From the NCBI GenBank assembly GCA_030295235.1, contig AP026145.1, forward strand, positions 1 through 64,000: 64,000 nucleotides of DNA, given 5' to 3'. Positions 45,320-55,659 of the stretch are shown piece after piece. The stretch's first letter is position 1. The number at the start of each line of letters is the position of its first letter. The translations under genes and the position numbers were made by a program. The notes beneath the pieces were generated by a model. It had not been told where the DNA came from. It searched no databases and saw only the letters and a program-made list of their open reading frames with translations. The DNA is from Fistulifera solaris. Lineage: Eukaryota.

Positions 45320-47812
45320 AAGACATTCGAAGCGTTGCATCATTCGTTCCTTTAGCGTTTTTCTTGCTTTCACAGTCGATTATTGTTTCATAGTCCCCAT
45401 AAGCGATGTTGGACAAAGCATTGCTGACATTGGTGTCCAAAAGACGCGGAAAGTGGTGTGATCGAAATTACACAATATCCGGGTTTCCCCTCTGTCGATA
45501 AATTTCCCTACGAGAGCTACGTAAAAATACGTAGACATTCGAAGCCTTGCATGATTCGTTCCGTCAGCGTTTTGTTTTCATATCGATGCCGAATATAGCC
45601 TAGCGATACGAAAACAATACGGTGCGCAACCCAACGTTGACATCTGTGCACTGGAAAAGCCCAGAATATTTGATGTTGGTAAAGGTGTAATATCCGGGTA
45701 CCCCGGCAGAGATAAATTTCCCACGGCGGCTACGTACAATGCGCGTAGACATTGGGAGCGTTGTATTTTCCTACTGTTTCGCGTTTTTCTGTCAAAGCAA
45801 AGACGATTACTGTTCCTTACTGTTCCTTGTCTCGCGTTTGTGACGTTGGGCAAAGCATTGCTGACATTGGTGTCCAAAAGACGCGGAAAGTGGTGTGATC
45901 GAAATTACACAATATCCGGGTTTCCCCTCTGTCGATAAATTTCCCTACGAGAGCTACGTAAAAATACGTAGACATTCGAAGCCTTGCATGATTCGTTCCG
46001 TCAGCGTTTTGTTTTCATATCGATGCCGAATATAGCCTAGCGATACGAAAACAATACGGTGCGCAACCCAACGTTGACATCTGTGCACTGGAAAAGCCCA
46101 GAATATTTGATGTTGGTAAAGGTGTAATATCCGGGTACCCCGGCAGAGATAAATTTCCCACGGCGGCTACGTACAATGCGCGTAGACATTGGGAGCGTTG
46201 TATTTTCCTACTGTTTCGCGTTTTTCTGTCAAAGCAAAGACGATTACTGTTCCTTACTGTTCCTTGTCTCGCGTTTGTGACGTTGGGCAAAGCATTGCTG
46301 ACATTGGTGTCCAAAAGACGCGGAAAGTGGTGTGATCGAAATTACACAATATCCGGGTTTCCCCTCTGTCGATAAATTTCCCTACGAGAGCTACGTAAAA
46401 ATACGTAGACATTCGAAGCCTTGCATGATTCGTTCCGTCAGCGTTTTGTTTTCATATCGATGCCGAATATAGCCTAGCGATACGAAAACAATACGGTGCG
46501 CAACCCAACGTTGACATCTGTGCACTGGAAAAGCCCAGAATATTTGATGTTGGTAAAGGTGTAATATCCGGGTACCCCGGCAGAGATAAATTTCCCACGG
46601 CGGCTACGTACAATGCGCGTAGACATTGGGAGCGTTGTATTTTCCTACTGTTTCGCGTTTTTCTGTCAAAGCAAAGACGATTACTGTTCCTTACTGTTCC
46701 TTGTCTCGCGTTTGTGACGTTGGGCAAAGCATTGCTGACATTGGTGTCCAAAAGACGCGGAAAGTGGTGTGATCGAAATTACACAATATCCGGGTTTCCC
46801 CTCTGTCGATAAATTTCCCTACGAGAGCTACGTAAAAATACGTAGACATTCGAAGCCTTGCATGATTCGTTCCGTCAGCGTTTTGTTTTCATATCGATGC
46901 CGAATATAGCCTAGCGATACGAAAACAATACGGTGCGCAACCCAACGTTGACATCTGTGCACTGGAAAAGCCCAGAATATTTGATGTTGGTAAAGGTGTA
47001 ATATCCGGGTACCCCGGCAGAGATAAATTTCCCACGGCGGCTACGTACAATGCGCGTAGACATTGGGAGCGTTGTATTTTCCTACTGTTTCGCGTTTTTC
47101 TGTCAAAGCAAAGACGATTACTGTTCCTTACTGTTCCTTGTCTCGCGTTTGTGACGTTGGGCAAAGCATTGCTGACATTGATTGGTGTCCAAAAGACGCG
47201 GAAAGTGGTGTGATCGGAATTACACAATATCCGGGTTTCCCCTCTGTCTATAAATTTCCCCACGAGAGCTACGTGAGTGAGTTTACGTTAGACATGTGAC
47301 TCCCTCTAAAATTCTGTGGCAGTGAAGTGACTTCCAAGGCAAGCTCTCGGCAGTGAAGTGGAAGTGAAATCACTCCCGTGTCGCACTGAGTCTAGTATGT
47401 GCTAAACTGTACTCTTGTCAGTCACTTACTCTAGGGACTGCCTCAAGTGCACTAGGGTTTTGACTTCCCACGTAGCTTTACGTAGGTGTAGTACCTGGCA
47501 GTGAACCCTTTTGGCTTGGAAGTGAAGTGAAGTGGAAGTGAAATTTCCTCACGGCAGTGAAGTGGACGTCAGCAGTGCAGAAGTCACATGTCTAGTTTAC
47601 GTAGACGCAATATCCGGGTACCGCTACTGAGATAAATTCCCACGGTGGCTACGTCAAATACGCGTAGACACTTGAAGCGCTTTATCTTCTACTGTTTCAT
47701 GTTTCATCGTTAAAAATAAAATTCGGTTATTGTTTTATGGCTTACGTCAGTGATGTTGGGCAAAGTATCTGTGACATTTGGTTTCCAAAAGACGCGACAA
47801 ACGGTGTGATCC
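45320..47812. repeat. Tandem array of a 437-bp unit (4 apparently identical copies plus diverged flanks), each made of two related ~215/222-bp subunits
   Basis: caaagcattgctgac recurs at 45414, 45851, 46288, 46725 and 47162; the same spurious 99-aa ORF recurs every 437 bp. Confidence 0.97.
47289..47594. mobile_element. 306-bp non-autonomous hAT-type DNA transposon (MITE)
   Basis: 13-bp TIRs tagacatgtgact / agtcacatgtcta; 8-bp target-site duplication gtttacgt at 47281-47288 and 47595-47602; internal CAGTGAAGTG(G)AAGTG subterminal repeats. Confidence 0.88.
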
Positions 47813-48044
47813 TGACTGAAATCTGACATCGCAGTCACGAAAAAAGTCGTCTACACTTGAGGGTACAGTGCAGTCAAATGCGTCTGTCTTCGTACGTACT
47901 AGTCACAACAACATAACAACAAACAACAAACGCAACAAGAACCACAGTCTATACTTGTCAGAGACCTATTTATTCCTTTCTTCTCTCTTGTATTCTTTCA
48001 TCTTTCTTATCAATTTACAAACAGAAAGAAAGAGACAAACGAAT

Positions 48045-48767
48045 ATGTTTGATATATCGTGGGGAGAGATGGGTGTAATCATCGGCGTTACGACATTCTT
48101 CATCGGCAAACATGATTTGCCCAAGGCCGCACGATACGCGGGAACGTATGTCGGACGCTTTGTTGGATTTGTACAAGGAGCTCGAGCGCGAGCGGATCGT
48201 TTTGCAGCGAATCATGAATTGAAACAATTACAGAATGAATTGCGCTCGGGATTGCGAGAATTGGATGTTGTCAAATCGGAATTAGCGACATCTTTGTCTT
48301 CGCGAGGGATGATGGGGCGTACATTGGGGAGTACTGTCAGTGGAGTCAATCGTACAGATAACAATACGAACAGCAATGCACTTCCGCAAGTTCCATTGTC
48401 GCTGCCTTCAGCACCGTCACCGTTACTAAGTACACAATTTACTCCGTCAACGACACCACAAATTGCTTCTTCACTATCACTTCCACCGCAAAGACAAACC
48501 ATGGGGGCCGTTGCCGAAGAAGAATGGAAGCGACAAGGGATTGATTTTGTTTCCAGAGCAGAACGCGGTACGAATAGTCGATTGAATGTCGAAAAATCAG
48601 GATCGGCAACTCTGGCGTTCTTGTTAAAAGAAAGCTTATTATTTTCGCAATACGATCGCATGGTACAAGAGCAAGAGCAAGCTTTGCAAAAGCGAATGAC
48701 AGCTATGGAAGAGCAGTTACAAGCACATCCGGATTCAACCAAGGACGAGAAAGACAAAGAATGGTGA
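48045..48767 (+). CDS. tatB: TatB-like twin-arginine translocase subunit (probably mitochondrial type)
   Basis: MFDISWGEMGVIIGVTTFFIGKHDLPKAARYAGTYVGRF matches the TatB TM-hinge-amphipathic helix pattern. Confidence 0.78.
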   Translation: MFDISWGEMGVIIGVTTFFIGKHDLPKAARYAGTYVGRFVGFVQGARARADRFAANHELKQLQNELRSGLRELDVVKSELATSLSSRGMMGRTLGSTVSGVNRTDNNTNSNALPQVPLSLPSAPSPLLSTQFTPSTTPQIASSLSLPPQRQTMGAVAEEEWKRQGIDFVSRAERGTNSRLNVEKSGSATLAFLLKESLLFSQYDRMVQEQEQALQKRMTAMEEQLQAHPDSTKDEKDKEW

Positions 48768-49081
48768 AGATTGGCGTATTAACGTAGAGGAATGCAGTGA
48801 GTCACGAATCAGACTGGAATTCCTCATTCACGATTCACGACTGAATGCCGAAGTTCTGAATTTCTGATGCCGTTGTTCGAAAAAGAGAACGCCAAACAAA
48901 ACATCGCATCATACGGAGTAGAAAACAGAAAAGATACCATTTTGTGTTCCCAAGGTGACAGCAACGCAATTCAAAGCAAGAGCGAACACTGTTCAAAAGG
49001 CGGTTCTCATTTCTTCGACGGTTTTCGTTTTCGGCGTGTCTCGTCGTGTTATTGTTTGCATTGAAAAGAAGAGAAGAAAGA

Positions 49082-49810
49082 ATGTTGGCAACCAAGATGT
49101 TACCATGGCTTCTTCCCTACGCTTGGGATGAAGAATGGAAGAGAGGCATCTATGGAGGATTGGAAGCGTCCATTATGACAGTTCTGCTAACGTTCATTCT
49201 TGAAATGTGTTCACTGCCGACGGTACGACAGGTTCTAAAACAACCGGGCGGACTGCATCTTTACCAAACGGCTCTCTTCTACAATATACGCAATCATTTT
49301 GGTTGGGGTATTCCGACGTATGCGATTGCCGTCGTTTACTTGTGTCCTACTCTAGAACGGCCGCTTTGGTCGATGGCGTTGCACGTGCTGGCGCTGATTG
49401 TGTTGCACGACCTCATGTACTATTATGCGCATAAAACCTTTCATACCGCACCTGGGTGGTATCAATACCACAAATTCCATCACCAATTTCATCATCACAC
49501 ACCTCCCGTGACGGCCAATGCTGTCACGAGCGTCGAATACCTACTCGCCTATGTATTGCCGTTTGCCTTGGCAGCGGGTTTGGTTCGACCGACGGAATGG
49601 GAATTGCGTGTCGCGGTATCGATTATTAGTGTATTCAACCTGTTGGAGCATACACCGCGGTTGGATGGGTTATCGTGGCCGCATTGGTTGGTGAGTCCGA
49701 AGCAGCACTTGGAGCATCATCGTAAAGGAACGCTGCACTACGCGGCACCAGTGTTCAACATGGATTGGTTTCATGAATGTTGGAACTCGAACATGTGGAA
49801 AGGTCTGTAA
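49082..49810 (+). CDS. Fatty acid hydroxylase/sterol desaturase superfamily membrane enzyme (paralog A)
   Basis: His boxes YYAHKTFH, YHKFHH, LEH, HLEHH; hydrophobic helices. Confidence 0.88.
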   Translation: MLATKMLPWLLPYAWDEEWKRGIYGGLEASIMTVLLTFILEMCSLPTVRQVLKQPGGLHLYQTALFYNIRNHFGWGIPTYAIAVVYLCPTLERPLWSMALHVLALIVLHDLMYYYAHKTFHTAPGWYQYHKFHHQFHHHTPPVTANAVTSVEYLLAYVLPFALAAGLVRPTEWELRVAVSIISVFNLLEHTPRLDGLSWPHWLVSPKQHLEHHRKGTLHYAAPVFNMDWFHECWNSNMWKGL

Positions 49811-49903
49811 GATTTATGTCAATTGTGAAAATAAAGTAAAGTAACATGTAGTACGGATTTGGGAATACAGTATGATAGTTTAGTGAATTATTTTGTCCCT
49901 CCA

Positions 49904-51757
49904 CTAGGTGTCAGATACCAAGGATCGATACTCGTCCTCTGACAGAGCATCTAAGCGGATATCTTTGATGGCAATCAAATGTTGCTGTGTCATTCTGTGA
50001 AGAACAAGAATGCGAGAAAATGATACCTTCCATTCCAAGGCGCAAGGCCGAGTCCATTGCCAGTCACCGCACGTATCGGGTATATTAATCTGGCGTTGCT
50101 CTTGTCCCTTCCAACCAATCTGCAATGGATCGACATTGCGTTTGATGACGCAAATGCGCAATGAAACTTTGTAATAAATATTGATGTTCTCCTGACTCGA
50201 GGGAATTTCGTATTCCACGGTTAGTGGACCATTTAACAAGAGTTGCATGCCACCCAAGCAGCTTTTCGGAAACCACGCCTTGTCGTTAGGACGCTGTAAT
50301 GGAGAGGCCGCCGGTATGATAATGGCACCCGATTTCTTGTCCACGTGAACGCTTTCATTGATTACTGGAGCATCCACCAGCAATTGAATTTTGTTGTGGG
50401 GAATGGAGGACGAACGAGGATACGACACACCTATGGAGGTGCTGGTCGACGATGCTTGTTGGACAAGCTTTTGACACTTCATCAACGCCAACGACAGCCA
50501 TATATTTTGTCCAGACGGCTGAAAGTCCATTTGAACAGTCGAATCACGATCCCCTTGACTTGCTTTGGAGCGAATAGCGTACCACGTCATGGGCATTATT
50601 TGTCGAAAGAATTTCACCTCGCCCAATAAGTTACGCACTTGCGTCTCCAATTGGAAATGTAATCCACAACGACCTTCCCAAAAGTTGGCCCGAAAACCTC
50701 CTCCCAAATTGGTTTCCCATCCGTGTTCGGTCCAGCGTGCCATAGCGGCATGCCCCTGTTGCTTCGCGCCCCAAGTAGGAATCCCGAACGCTTTACAAAT
50801 AAATCTTCCGTACCAGGCCCGAGGACCGCATTTCCCTCCACCTTGCAAGATTTGATCGTAACTTTGGTATCCCTTGTACCAATCCGGTGCTTTGTACGGA
50901 ACATCCGTCTTGACCATTTCCGAGTAGCGCCATTGCGGTGCTGATTCGTACAACAGTTGCGGTCGAAAGTTTCGTAACGCCTCTCGCCCCCAACTGAGTG
51001 ACGCGGAATCTGCATCACAGTTGATGACATGCCGCAATTCGAATACTGTAAAATGCTCAAAATACGGATCAAGATCGCCTTGTAAGTATGCAATTTCGTA
51101 ATGACGATAACGTTCGATGGGATCGACGAACTGGTTCGCTGTTCCAAATATGGGTAAAGGTACGCACAATTCGAGTGCCACCGCCAAAGCTAATTTGTCC
51201 CACAAAGCGGCATGTGCCGGAGGCGATTCGTCTTGTATGATTTCTTGCAATTGCATGTAGACAGCGAGTGCCTGACTCGTCGCGTGTTGCACAGCACCTC
51301 CCGCGAGAAGAATTTGTTCTTGCAATTCGAAATCGTGTTGTAAAAAGTCGAGACACTGCTCTTGTAAAGCTGCTTTCGCCCAGTTCGCGGGAGTATGCGT
51401 TTTCAGTAAGATATAAGTCATCCATTCGTTTTTTAGAGAAGCGGGTAGAGGCGTTTGAGAATCGATTTCATCCGCGACAGCTTCATATTCGTACTGCACC
51501 TCTTTCAGGGCTTTCTCGACTAACACGGTTTGTTCTTCAACTCGCGCTTGTGCGGCTTCAATATCATGTGTCGTTATAGCGCTGTTCTGTCGGGCTTTGA
51601 TCTGCAAGACACCCTTTTCTTTGTCGAGTCTTTGTTTCGCAATTTGGGCTTCTTCGAGTCGCTGGAAAGCTTCCTGTAACGATGAAGGAATGATAGGAAC
51701 CGCAAGTTTAGCTTCCAAATCCTTCATCCATTCATTGTAGAAATCTAGTTCCGGCAT
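49904..51757 (-). CDS. Intronless hypothetical protein with a transglutaminase-like Cys/His core and a C-terminal beta-sandwich
   Basis: 617-aa ORF; GGKCGPRAWYGRFICKAFGIP..QQGHAAM; coiled N-terminus. Confidence 0.7.
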   Translation of the reverse strand: MPELDFYNEWMKDLEAKLAVPIIPSSLQEAFQRLEEAQIAKQRLDKEKGVLQIKARQNSAITTHDIEAAQARVEEQTVLVEKALKEVQYEYEAVADEIDSQTPLPASLKNEWMTYILLKTHTPANWAKAALQEQCLDFLQHDFELQEQILLAGGAVQHATSQALAVYMQLQEIIQDESPPAHAALWDKLALAVALELCVPLPIFGTANQFVDPIERYRHYEIAYLQGDLDPYFEHFTVFELRHVINCDADSASLSWGREALRNFRPQLLYESAPQWRYSEMVKTDVPYKAPDWYKGYQSYDQILQGGGKCGPRAWYGRFICKAFGIPTWGAKQQGHAAMARWTEHGWETNLGGGFRANFWEGRCGLHFQLETQVRNLLGEVKFFRQIMPMTWYAIRSKASQGDRDSTVQMDFQPSGQNIWLSLALMKCQKLVQQASSTSTSIGVSYPRSSSIPHNKIQLLVDAPVINESVHVDKKSGAIIIPAASPLQRPNDKAWFPKSCLGGMQLLLNGPLTVEYEIPSSQENINIYYKVSLRICVIKRNVDPLQIGWKGQEQRQINIPDTCGDWQWTRPCALEWKVSFSRILVLHRMTQQHLIAIKDIRLDALSEDEYRSLVSDT

Positions 51758-51894
51758 TATGAATAAATATAGTGATGAAAAGTAACATAAAAGGCAATGT
51801 AAACGTTAGGTTACGTCGTAACAGGGTTGAATGAAAAGGAATACAGAGTAATAATTTATTTTTTCTTTTCATCACGATCGTGGTCAAACCTAGG

Positions 51895-52475
51895 ATCCAA
51901 AAACAACACCTCCAGATAATCTGGAACATGCACAGCATTTCGGTAGGATCGAAAAAGAGTGGTCCAGAATTTCTGGACCACTACAGAATTTCTGTATGAT
52001 CGGGAATAGCGACTCCAGAATTTCTGGAAAACGCGCTTTCTTTCGTTATGACCACAAACAAGGTGTCGAGAATTTCTATAACGTGCACAACATTTCGCTA
52101 GCATCCAACAACACCGCGTCCAGATATTCTGCAACGTGCACAACATTTCGCTAGCATCCAACAAAAACACCGCGTCCAGATATTCTGGAACGTGCACAGC
52201 ATTTTGTAGGATCGAAAAGAGTGGTCCAGAATTTCTGGAACACTACAGAATTTCTGTATGATCGGGAATAGCGATTCCAGAATTTCTGGAATACGCGCTT
52301 CCTTTCGTTATGACCACAAACAACGTGTCGAGAATTTCTATAACGTGCTCAAGATAACTTGAATTTCTGGCTCGTTTACAGTTTTGTACCAGATAGGATC
52401 CCAAACCACCGAATCAAGAATTTCTGGAGCTTCCAGAGGCAAAAAAAACACCGATTCCATTTTTCCTGGAATTTA
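51895..52475. repeat. Cluster of CCAGAA(T/A)TTCTGG palindromes with a ~264-bp-offset direct duplication
   Basis: About 51943-52086 is repeated at about 52206-52348; 25-bp palindrome agtggtccagaatttctggaccact at 51958-51982. Confidence 0.88.
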
Positions 52476-52727
52476 CACAGACTTTTCGTAAGACCAAAAA
52501 CATTACCCAAAATTGTTGATCATTCGAAGTCAACCTTTTCAAACCCTGAAGGTGCGAGTGCTTCTCGTTAGAAGCAGCAGGAACAAGCAAATTGGCTTCG
52601 GCTTAATGGATTAAATCTACGATAATTGGTATTAGTTGACTGGCACAAGCAGTACCTGGTAGAGGTCGGGGATTTGCTGCATTCGTCACGCAAAGCATGC
52701 TTCATAGTTCTCTGTAATATCCAATTT

Positions 52728-53495
52728 TCAACTCTTGGAACCAGAGACTAAGATCGGACGCAATAATGCTGCACCTTGTTCAATAAACCAATCGACGTTG
52801 CAAAATGGAGACGCGTAATGCACCGTGACTTTACGATGATGATCCAAATGTTGATGGGGACTCACCAAGCAGGCCGGCCAATACGGTAGAAAATCGAGAC
52901 GGGGCGTATGCACCAGTAAATTCAACACACTCAGTACGATCACAGCAATGTTCATCTCCCCTTCCGTTGCCCCTACCAGTGCCGCAATGCCTCCGAAGGG
53001 TAAGACGTAAGCCACCAGATATTCAACGACGCTGACTGCATTCGCTGCCGACGGAGGCGTATGCACGTTAAAACGGTGATGAAATCTATGATATTGGTAG
53101 AGCTCAGGTGACGAGTGAAACGTTTTGTGAACCTGATAGTAAACGAGGTTCTGCAAGAGAATGACGGATAGTATATTGGCGGTTGTTTGTAGAATGTTCT
53201 TGTTGCTTTGTACCGTAACAGGAGCGCACAAGAAAGCGACGGCCACAGCATACGTCGGAATACCGAGTAAGAAGTGATTTCGAAAGTTATACCATATGGC
53301 CGTAAGATACAAAGAAGGACCGTCCGTTTGCTTCAAAACACTCTTGACGGTAGGCAAAGAACACATCTCAAGCACGAACGTCAAGACAATCGTTCCTACG
53401 GCCACTTTGAATCCGCCGTACGCTCCATCAATCAGCTCTTCCATCCATTCATAATGTGAAGACGATAACAGCGTATTGTAAAGTGATTGCAGCAT
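52728..53495 (-). CDS. Fatty acid hydroxylase/sterol desaturase superfamily membrane enzyme (paralog B)
   Basis: His boxes VHKTFH, YHRFHH, LVH, HLDHH; shares LTF.LEMCSLPTV and GIPTYA.AV with paralog A. Confidence 0.88.
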   Translation of the reverse strand: MLQSLYNTLLSSSHYEWMEELIDGAYGGFKVAVGTIVLTFVLEMCSLPTVKSVLKQTDGPSLYLTAIWYNFRNHFLLGIPTYAVAVAFLCAPVTVQSNKNILQTTANILSVILLQNLVYYQVHKTFHSSPELYQYHRFHHRFNVHTPPSAANAVSVVEYLVAYVLPFGGIAALVGATEGEMNIAVIVLSVLNLLVHTPRLDFLPYWPACLVSPHQHLDHHRKVTVHYASPFCNVDWFIEQGAALLRPILVSGSKS

Positions 53496-53814
53496 GATGA
53501 AGAGTATTATTCGAAAACTTTTCTGTGCTCGTTAACGAAAAAGAACATGCAAGGAAATAGGATCTCCATTTTGTGCGTGTACGTCTGGTTGACACTCATG
53601 AATCAAAAAGTTCATTCGTGGTCTCGGAGTTGGACTATAATACAAAATGTAGGTCGGGTAAGACTCATTTAAGTCCCGGTACGTTTTTGTGCTCTTTTTG
53701 TGTTTTCTTGCTCGCGATCGCGATGTTGACGATGCAAACTGTAAATGACCATTTTGTGCAATTCTTTTCATTAACGAATGTGAAATTTACTCATCATTAC
53801 TTCAAAAATGGAAG

Positions 53815-54510
53815 CTATTTGGCACCAGTAACGTTCACGACACTGGGCACCCAATTCTCTTTGTGAATGTCTTCCACAATCCATTTTGCCAAGTCGGCAC
53901 GGTCCGTGTGAATGCTGGGTGTCTTTTGCATATCCCCATACGTCACTAGCTTTCCAGTGGCACGATTGTCGGTCAATGCCGTAGCACGTACAATGGTCGT
54001 GCGAGGACAGAGTTCAGGGCTCCCAAAGATTGCTTCCTGTTCCGAATGATCGACCAAAATGTGACGAAGATAGAAGGTAATCAATTGACCGATACCCATA
54101 CCGACAATGATTTTGGACGGACCAGCACCCGTACTAGATACCACCACCACCCGAACGTGCTGAAAGGCCGGCTGCAACAAGACTTTGTGAATCACCTTGG
54201 CCGAGACAGCTCGAATATCATCCTTGGCGACACTTTCACCATTGCCAATGGAAATAATGATCCAGTTAGCATTGCTGCTAATCAAAGCAGACTCAATATC
54301 CTTCTCTTCACGCGCGTTTCCCGCAATGACGGAGGTGCAGAGAGCTCGTACGCTCGGATCCAACTTGGTCGGATTGCGACAAAAGCCGTGAACCTTGGTG
54401 CCTTCTTTCTGACTCAAGGCACGGATACAAGCCAAACCCGTGAGACCCGATGCACCTACGACCAAGACAGAGCAAGGTTTGAGTTGCTGTTTTGAAGGCG
54501 TTGTGCTCAT
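53815..54510 (-). CDS. NAD(P)H-binding Rossmann protein, flavin reductase/BLVRB-like
   Basis: VLVVGASGLTG, RNPTKL, VVVSSTG, TIVRATALTD, RADLAKWI. Confidence 0.85.
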   Translation of the reverse strand: MSTTPSKQQLKPCSVLVVGASGLTGLACIRALSQKEGTKVHGFCRNPTKLDPSVRALCTSVIAGNAREEKDIESALISSNANWIIISIGNGESVAKDDIRAVSAKVIHKVLLQPAFQHVRVVVVSSTGAGPSKIIVGMGIGQLITFYLRHILVDHSEQEAIFGSPELCPRTTIVRATALTDNRATGKLVTYGDMQKTPSIHTDRADLAKWIVEDIHKENWVPSVVNVTGAK

Positions 54511-54996
54511 TTTTCTTTTGTTCTGTTTGCGGATTTATGAGCAGAGACACACATGATAGGCGGAAACATCCGATCGAAGATTCGACGCACGGTGTCAAGT
54601 GGATCCAAGTAAGTCGTGATGTTCCAGAACTTTCTTGCGACTACTTTTCGTTTCACTGTGTGGTCTTTTTTACGAGTAAGGTTAATACTGGTAACGTAAA
54701 TTCCATTAAGGATATAGCTTAAATATTGCCTTGCAACTGACGACTGACTGACAGTCCAGCTGAAAAGCGGCGCGATGCGACGCGAGGTATCCACAAGCGC
54801 CGATGCTCATCGCGATGTTGTTGTTGTTATTCTTCTAATCAAAGTAGAAACATTCAATAACTGAATCACTCCGTTTCCCATTTTGTAAATTCATATCACT
54901 TGTGTTTCTATAGAAACGGGCTGGAATTATCGTCCTTTCTTCCTAATAACAGAAACCGGAAGCACTTCCGACGCAACAACAAACTCTTACAACACG

Positions 54997-55545
54997 ATGT
55001 TTTATGTCAAAACTCTTTCACACGAAATCGTCTTGGAACCAGTTCATTTCGGACAGAAATTACGCGCAACACTCGTGCGATTGCTAAAAGAGCAGGTGGA
55101 AGGACTGGCTTTGGCAAATTATGGCTACGTCGTCAATGTCATCGAAGTACCCGAAGATCAAATCAAATCGGGTGTCATCGAATACGATACCGGTAGTGTC
55201 ATATTTACCGTCCAATACACCGCACTCTTGTTGCGACCCTTCATTCATGAAGTGCTCGATGCGGTAGTCAGTCAATGCAATCCGTTGGGCTTCTTTGCCT
55301 TTGTGGGGCCTCTCCGAATCTTTGTCAGTAAACACTCCATGCCCGAAGACATGTTCAATGGTTTTGATGGAGAAAAGGATGCTTGGATCTCCGACGACAA
55401 GGAAGTAGTCATTGCATCGGGATCCGGAGTACGACTGAAAATCAAAGGAAGGACTGTAGAGCAGGGAAACATCACAGCCATTGGGACTATTAAAGATAAC
55501 TATTTGGGATTGATTGATGATGGGGAAGCGCAAGGCACTGTTTAA
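54997..55545 (+). CDS. RPB7: RNA polymerase II subunit RPB7
   Basis: LEPVHFG, YGYVV, RPFIHEVLDAVV, GFFAFVGPLRIFVS, AIGTIKDNYLG. Confidence 0.95.
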   Translation: MFYVKTLSHEIVLEPVHFGQKLRATLVRLLKEQVEGLALANYGYVVNVIEVPEDQIKSGVIEYDTGSVIFTVQYTALLLRPFIHEVLDAVVSQCNPLGFFAFVGPLRIFVSKHSMPEDMFNGFDGEKDAWISDDKEVVIASGSGVRLKIKGRTVEQGNITAIGTIKDNYLGLIDDGEAQGTV

Positions 55546-55659
55546 CGCAAGTCGATAAATCAGTGAAAGATTAGTTCGAATATAATCTTTACCACAGTCA
55601 ATGTTAACGAAAGATAATCCGTTTAGTCTATTTGTTCTTTAACGAACACACTTTTGCAT

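Noticed and set aside
45578..47263. Four repeated 99-124-aa ORFs in the tandem array
   Set aside because: They mostly use non-ATG starts, have no recognisable motif, and are not preserved in the diverged copy at 29.7-30.2 kb; by-products of the repeat
45320..47812. CRISPR-like repeat-spacer array or rRNA/snRNA tandem array
   Set aside because: Spacers are identical between units and too long, there are no cas genes, the context is eukaryotic, and I recognise no 5S, tRNA or snRNA motifs
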